Shown one piece after another: positions 57,506 through 64,000 of a stretch of 64,000 nt of DNA. Position numbers and translations under genes: made by a program. The stretch spans positions 372,744,001 to 372,808,000 of the forward strand of contig OZ024740.1 of the NCBI GenBank assembly GCA_964016885.1, given 5' to 3'. The notes below the pieces were generated by a model. It made no database searches. It saw only the letters and a list, made by a program, of their open reading frames with translations, and was not told where the DNA came from. The DNA comes from Eledone cirrhosa. Its lineage: Eukaryota. The first letter of the stretch is position 1, and every line of letters begins with the position of its first letter.

Positions 57506-59036
57506 AAATCAAATTACAATAATAGTAGTCGATCATTAGGAATAATATTTAAGAAAATCGAGTAAAAACCACTAGGAAAACAGAGAGATGGCCAGAGGCG
57601 CTTGTGATGTATCGAACATCATACCCCTCGCATGCATAATGCGGGCATTAATCACTAAAGAAAAGATTGAACTGTCTTGTTTATAAGAAAGTATATATTA
57701 TATATTACATTGTGTTCCAATATTGAACTCGCTATACAGCCCAATCCCCTTCTAGTTTATTCAGACGAAAACATTTTTTTCTAAAGGTGGGATCATAAAT
57801 TTCTAAATCAAACCTTAAATCCTGTACTAAATTATGCTGAATGATTTCTACTTGGCGTCATGCAGATGTGCATGGCATTTTATTCCATAGAAGCGTAAAA
57901 ACAGCAGCATATAATTATTATATTGTAGCTGCAGGTAGTATGTATCTTTTGCGATATAAATTATATGATGTAGTGTTTTTCCTATTAAGAGGAAGGGGGA
58001 AATTATTCGATAGTCGTCTACTATTTTATATCATATACCCCGCCTTTTTATTAGTTAGGAACACTATGAATTTTATATGGAATAACAAATATCGAAGCAA
58101 AATTAAAATTCATTTCAAATGATGTGTCAGCTCGCATACTGCACATACTGCATCGAGGGGCTATGCGTCTAAGCAATAATTTTATCTTTCATAGTCGAGT
58201 ATTTCTTTTAAATCTTCATTTTGCTTGCAAACAGTTATAAAACTGGTGAATAGAACTCTTTAACAAGTTCGTTTAGATTTCCCTTCAATTGCAGTGCCCA
58301 ACAAAATTCTTTTTCATTTTATAGATCAAATAATATGTATAGCTCAAGGAGTGCCATAGTTTTGCGCTTTTATTTTCTTCGTTACTCATTTATTCTTTCC
58401 TTTATTTGATCAAGGATATTTCTGAACGAGTGAGAAAAAATTCAAGAAATGACTACAAGGATTTCATAAGCATAAGGAATAAATTCTAATATATGCACAT
58501 TTGCAGAATATTCTTTCATCAGAAACGCCAGTACTATTAGAGAGAAAATACAAAGTTTATTTTTCTTGCATCTGCTAGGGAAAGAGAGACAGACGCACAG
58601 AAATAATGCATAAATGTAGGAAAACAAATTAAATGCATAAACTTTGTTCGCCTTCATTTTTATATTATTGGATGGAGATAATTTGAAAAATAAATATGCA
58701 GATCTGAAAAGAGAACGAAAACCACCTGCAACCGGGATCTATGTACTTGTCATACTTAAGTATATATCTTTATGTGCACTGAAGTAATAAAACGAAAGCA
58801 TTTGAATCTGTTTGTAAAATAGCTTCGCTGGAGCAAATGAAAAAATAAATGCCAGAGCAATTTTGGGACTCACTTAAAAAAACAGCAGAAACATACCGAA
58901 AATAAAATATAATGTTCAGTGCAAACGATCAAACATTGAAGAGAAAATCCTACCCTCTTTATTAATTCATTGATAAACCTATGTATGTATATACGTCAGT
59001 ATGCACTTATGAATGCATATATGTATATATTATGTA

Positions 59037-59228
59037 TAGGGCGGTGGATTGGCAGTATCGGTAGAGGGTCGGACGCCATGCTTTCCAGCATAGTTACGTC
59101 CCTTTACCATCTGAGTTCAAATCCCGCCGAGGTTGACTTTGCCTTTCATCCTTACTTGGTCGATAAAATAAAGTACCAGTAATGCACTGGTAATTGCTGG
59201 CCTTGTGCCTAAAGTAGAAACAATTATG
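59037..59228 (+). mobile_element. Full-length tRNA-derived SINE (octopod-type)
   Basis: A-box-like tggcagtatcgg, B box gagttcaaatccc, body gccgaggttgactttgcctttcatcc, flanking attatgtat duplication. Confidence 0.9.
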
Positions 59229-59270
59229 TATGAGTATATATTATATATTATTTCCGGTTATATTAAAAGA

Positions 59271-59289
59271 TCTCTCTCTCTCCTTCTCT

Positions 59290-59341
<52 letters not shown>

Positions 59342-59440
59342 TTCTCTCTCTCCCTCTCTCTCTCTCGCTCTCTCTATCTCTCTCTCTCTCTCTCTATTTC
59401 TCTCTCTCCCTCTCTCTCTCTCGCTCTCTCTATCTCTCTC

Positions 59441-59489
<49 letters not shown>

Positions 59490-59576
59490 TTATCCATACA
59501 CATACATATATATATATATACACATACATATGTGTATATATATATATATGTATGTATGTATACCATATATATATGC

Positions 59577-59624
<48 letters not shown>

Positions 59625-59880
59625 TTGTATGTATATGTATATACATACATATGTATATATATATGCATGTATGTATATATACATATACATATGTATGCAT
59701 ATATATATATGCATATGTATGCATATATGTATATGTATATATATAGAGAGATACACGCATCTATATATATATATATGTATATATATATACATATATATGC
59801 ATATATAAATATACATATGTATGAATATATATATATACATGCATATATATATATACATATATATATATATGCTATACATA

Positions 59881-59919
<39 letters not shown>

Positions 59920-59936
59920 TATACATATGTGTGTAT

Positions 59937-59970
<34 letters not shown>

Positions 59971-59990
59971 TCTATACATGTGAGTGTATG

Positions 59991-60043
<53 letters not shown>
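59271..60043. repeat. Long compound (CT)n/(TA)n microsatellite
   Basis: Directly visible. Confidence 0.95.
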
Positions 60044-60045
<2 letters not shown>

Positions 60046-60632
60046 CGACTAACCAGTTAATTATTTTGGCTTTTTAGTTAATTATATTGACTGATTAATC
60101 GCTGATGTTTATTTAAAAAACAACTCGGTCGCGAGCTTAATTCGTTTTGTGCTATTTTTGCAAATATTTGCAATGACTACACATGCTGAATTCACTGGCC
60201 AAAATAGGGGTTTTCTCCCCTTAGAACCTCACGTGTGCTTTCATAACCTGTGAGATTCTGGCGCACGAAGAACAACATGCTTGTTGAGGGGTGATTCCTT
60301 GTTCGATCATTATACCAAAAGCTTATTATTTTCTATAAGCAGACAGTATTATTGATTTAGGTGTCGCAGAAACCATATATCGGAGTATACCATCTTCTAC
60401 GAGGGTCCGGGTAACTATTTCAATCATATCTTATTTTGTATGACCCGTTTAGCTTGTTCGCTTATTAGGCTCTGGTGGTTAATGGCTTCTTAACCATCGT
60501 CTCAGTTTGTATGACCTTTTTAACTTATGTTTATAGCTCTGGTATCTTCATATCCATGGACCGCTTGTCTACACAATACGGAAGTTGTGTTTTGCTAATT
60601 TCTACCCGCGGAAATGCGATTCTCGCTAAATT
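60044..60632. repeat. Second copy of the unclassified repeat at 21790
   Basis: Collinear similarity, same right end, TA on both flanks. Confidence 0.8.
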
Positions 60633-60649
60633 ATATATATATATATATT

Positions 60650-61010
60650 TTTGAGTTTATGTTGGTTGTATAACAACACCTTAGTATGCAGGCTTGAGCA
60701 CTCGACGAAGTGCGCAGATTGGTTTGGTTACTCCGGAGTAGTGTAAAATAAAGTTAAATAAAAGTCAAATGATTAAAATTTAGCTTCGTTTATTACTGCT
60801 ATATACATTTCAGTGACAGCCATCTTTGGCTGTGACCTCTTCAGGCAGTACTTGTCTATACCATACTAATTGTCTATACCATATGTACTTGTCTATACCA
60901 TACTAATTCAAACTGCCTGAAGAGGTCACAGCCAAAGATGGCTGTCACTAAAATATATATAGCAGTAATAAACGAAGCTAAATTTTAATCATTTGACTTT
61001 TATTTAACTT

Positions 61011-61017
<7 letters not shown>
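60650..61017. mobile_element. Foldback pLTR insertion (106-bp arms, tail on the left)
   Basis: 60744-60849 is inverted at 60912-61017. Confidence 0.85.
60795..60849 (-). ncRNA. Type I hammerhead ribozyme (mirror copy at 60912-60966 has GAAA mutated to AAAA)
   Basis: actgc CTGAAGA ggtc-acagcca-aaga-tggctgt-cact GAAA tgtata TA gcagt. Confidence 0.85.
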
Positions 61018-61064
<47 letters not shown>

Positions 61065-61124
61065 CATATGTTTATATATATATATATATATAAATATACA
61101 TATATTTATATATATATGTGTGTG

Positions 61125-61162
<38 letters not shown>

Positions 61163-61313
61163 TAAAATAATATTAAATTTTAAGCAAAGAATCCTTATCG
61201 AGCCCTCTTTGGATTTGAGTCTTCAAATTTTATCATTATTACTATATATATATTTATATTTGTATACGTGTGTGTATGTATATATATATATATATATATA
61301 ATTTTATAGAAGG

Positions 61314-61364
61314 AGCTTCTACAGGACTAGTACTGTTTCATTCAGATGAAATCTTCAGGAAGCT
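61314..61364 (-). ncRNA. Type I hammerhead ribozyme in a mini-insertion (61301-61412)
   Basis: agcttc CTGAAGA tttcatctgaat GAAA cagtactagtcctg TA gaagct. Confidence 0.9.
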
Positions 61365-61411
61365 GAGTACCTTACTTACTGTGGTTATCCCCGACTCAAC
61401 CCGGGACCTAC

Positions 61412-61448
<37 letters not shown>

Positions 61449-61677
61449 AATATATGTGTGTCGCATCGTTGGCTACTAAACCGGCAACCCCACCAAGTTT
61501 ACCTGGTGAGTAGGGTGATTTTGGACACCCTGCAGGACAAAAAGCCAAAACCTGACAAAGGGCGGAAGAACTCATAACAGTCAACAGCCCTCCAAATGTG
61601 TGTAAATATGTATATACACATGTACATATGCGGGGGGACAAATAAATAGTCAGGCCATACTCGATAACGAGGGGGCA

Positions 61678-61726
<49 letters not shown>

Positions 61727-62109
61727 TACACACATATATATACATACACATATATATATATGCACGTGTGTCAGAGAGAGGAAAGAAAGAAGGGGAAAGA
61801 AAAACATATAGAGGAATTGTCATACACAAATTAATAAAGTGTATTTAATAAATTCTTCTTTTGCCAGAATATATTCTGTGATCGTATAAATTAAACCCAA
61901 CGCCCAAAGCTACGTGGTCGCAGACTTTATATGAATAGCATTCACATTTCTATTGTGATATATTCTCCAATATGATAATTATATACTGAATAATCTAGTT
62001 TCGTACACGAAACCGAAACCAGCTGCATTTAAAAGAACTACAAAGGAGCAACTGCCACTTCCATCAAACGATTTGAATTGATCCAAATAAATTTATATCA
62101 TTTACCTTC

Positions 62110-64000
62110 TTTACTACTTATCACACGAGGGGAAGATGGGCGTGTCCGGGTCCAACTATATCCGTGCTTCACAAGACATCCTTGTTCTCAGTAAGGACAA
62201 AAACGAAACTTTGCATTCAGTAGTGTAAAAGCTGAAAAGAACCTCTATCTTTCTTGTTCACTTCTTTCCGAAGTAGTGCTACCGTTCTTCAACTCACAGT
62301 ACCGTGAGTTCATTCGTTCTGTCACCAGCAGCAATGACCATGTGGTAGGATGTTGGCTAACAAGTCAGTTATTAGTATACCAACTGATGATCAATCCTAT
62401 CCAGTGCTTTAGATTGATCTATATTGGTCAATGTCCCACCTCTTTCAGGTTCCTTAGCCGTCCTTTCAATGATGTATTGCACAAGCTGGAGATTGTCGAG
62501 GATGGATCTCTTCGAAATCAAATATATTAAGAACCCCCCACTCCCATCCCTACCAGACCAACAACGTCAAGCACCAACCTTATCACTAACAACTTGGCTA
62601 ACATTCTAACCTTAGTATTTAGTAGAGTTATATGTCGAAAATAATCAATTTAATCCCGATTGTTCGGGATCTTTCTCAGCATTGCCAACCCTCCACGGCT
62701 CTCAAAACCGTGAGTTCCCTTGTTCTCCTGAAAATTGCAATAGACGCCCGCCAAGAGGTCACCCAACGAGCCTGGCATATAAATGTCAAGTTCGTTGGGC
62801 AAACCATCCAAACTAAAGGATTTAACCTCCCTACATCTAATCATTTCCTCCTGTATTTAGGTGTCTGTCATTGGCTTTTCTCAACACTCTAAGACAGACC
62901 GTCGATGTAGGCATTAATGTCCATCCCACAATCCGATCCGCATCTGCTCACGAGCGTTGTACTGCTGAAAAGCCACACCCATCGATTTGGGATGGAATAA
63001 CATGCGCCTGTGGTGATGCCCCAAAGGCAGGTTTGTGACTTTGTTGCCATGCCGTGCTCCACCACACGGGTACTTTGAACGGCTTTTATCCCCTGGTGTC
63101 TAAGAGCACGCACCTTAGCTCTAACAACGCATCCTTTGTACTTAGCATTGAAGAATTGATCCATGGCCAATCTTGCCGCAAACACGTAGGCTGTTATGCC
63201 TTGGCAGCTAAATATATCTTCTGATTTCCTAACTAACTAACTGTGTACTCTAGTTTTTCTATTGCTACAGTTTTAATAAACCTTATCAAATCTACTCAAA
63301 TCACCATATTCAGGGCGAACCCTCATTTGTTATTGACTATTGTCACCGTCAACGACCGCTTAACAAAGAAACTAATCCGGTTTCTTTAGGCTTTCTGCGC
63401 CGAAAACGATAAGTTCAGCTTCAATTAACTGGGTCCACGACAATGGAGCCATCCTGCTTCACCACACATGTCACATATTTGTGGTCTTTGTAATCGACTA
63501 CCCTAATTTGTGGATTGCCTAATGTATCCTTGTCTATTTCCCAACTAAATAAGCTATCTAGATACGATTTGGATGACCCAATGCGGTTAACCAATACCCA
63601 TATTAGAATATTAGGGAAATCCAGTCGCTACTTATTAGATAGTTGGGAGCGTCTGAGCAGTTTTGCAAGGCTTTTGCAGTCCCTATCCACTAATCCCACA
63701 TTGTGTCAACATACATGTAAAATATCGTTTTAGTCGACCAAAAATAAGAAAGAGCGGGACGTTACTAGACCGTTCTCTAGTCGACTGAAGAAATCAGTTT
63801 GTCCTGTCTTTGTTGAAGCATAGACGGCGACAAAACTGAATCCATGACCTTCGCTGCTGGTCACGTCCGACACCAGGGATTTACCTTACGGCTCCAGGAC
63901 GATCGTCCATATTGCAAGATCCAGGTGTTTCCGGAACAAGACAGCGTCTCCGCTTCCAGATCTCGGACCGCTTGAAGATACATACACTTCTTAGCAATCT
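62110..64000 (-). mobile_element. Degenerate, internally deleted Tx1/L1-like LINE (APE plus part of RT), running off the window
   Basis: APE-like GKSLVSDV...FVAVYAS...FFSRLE...LVD*N; KYKGCVVRAKVR; SLDGLPNEL...DLLAGVYCN; DRIDH. Confidence 0.7.

Noticed and set aside
59037-59130. tRNA gene (also 38063-38135)
   Set aside because: The A/B boxes belong to SINE heads; there is no cloverleaf and each is followed by a SINE body.

Overview
AT-rich, microsatellite-saturated animal genomic DNA with no host protein-coding gene I can support. The SINE and LINE-tail sequences resemble those I recall from octopod cephalopods (inference, not a database hit). The window is a transposon graveyard: RTE, CR1-like, R4/Dong-like and Tx1/L1-like LINE relics, two mariner relics, about 10 tRNA-derived SINE copies, and two long plus one short Penelope-like element (PLE) relics (YRDD reverse transcriptase, CxCx5Cx5C linker, C-terminal GIY-YIG; Hydra-clade-like). 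The main hidden signal is RNA structure. Reading both strands I find about 21 type I hammerhead ribozyme (HHR) motifs, intact or decayed, in about 10 sequence families. Almost all have a palindromic stem III and sit in elements embedded in (TA)n tracts. They occur (i) in inverted PLE pseudo-LTRs and (ii) in ORF-less, longer-than-unit repeats of about 320, 460 and 595 bp that look like retrozymes, i.e. genomic copies of small self-cleaving circular RNAs. Two unrelated families carry the compensatory U3:A8 core (UUGAUAA), and sister copies show stem covariation, which points to selection on ribozyme structure. All structures were read by eye and none has been tested.
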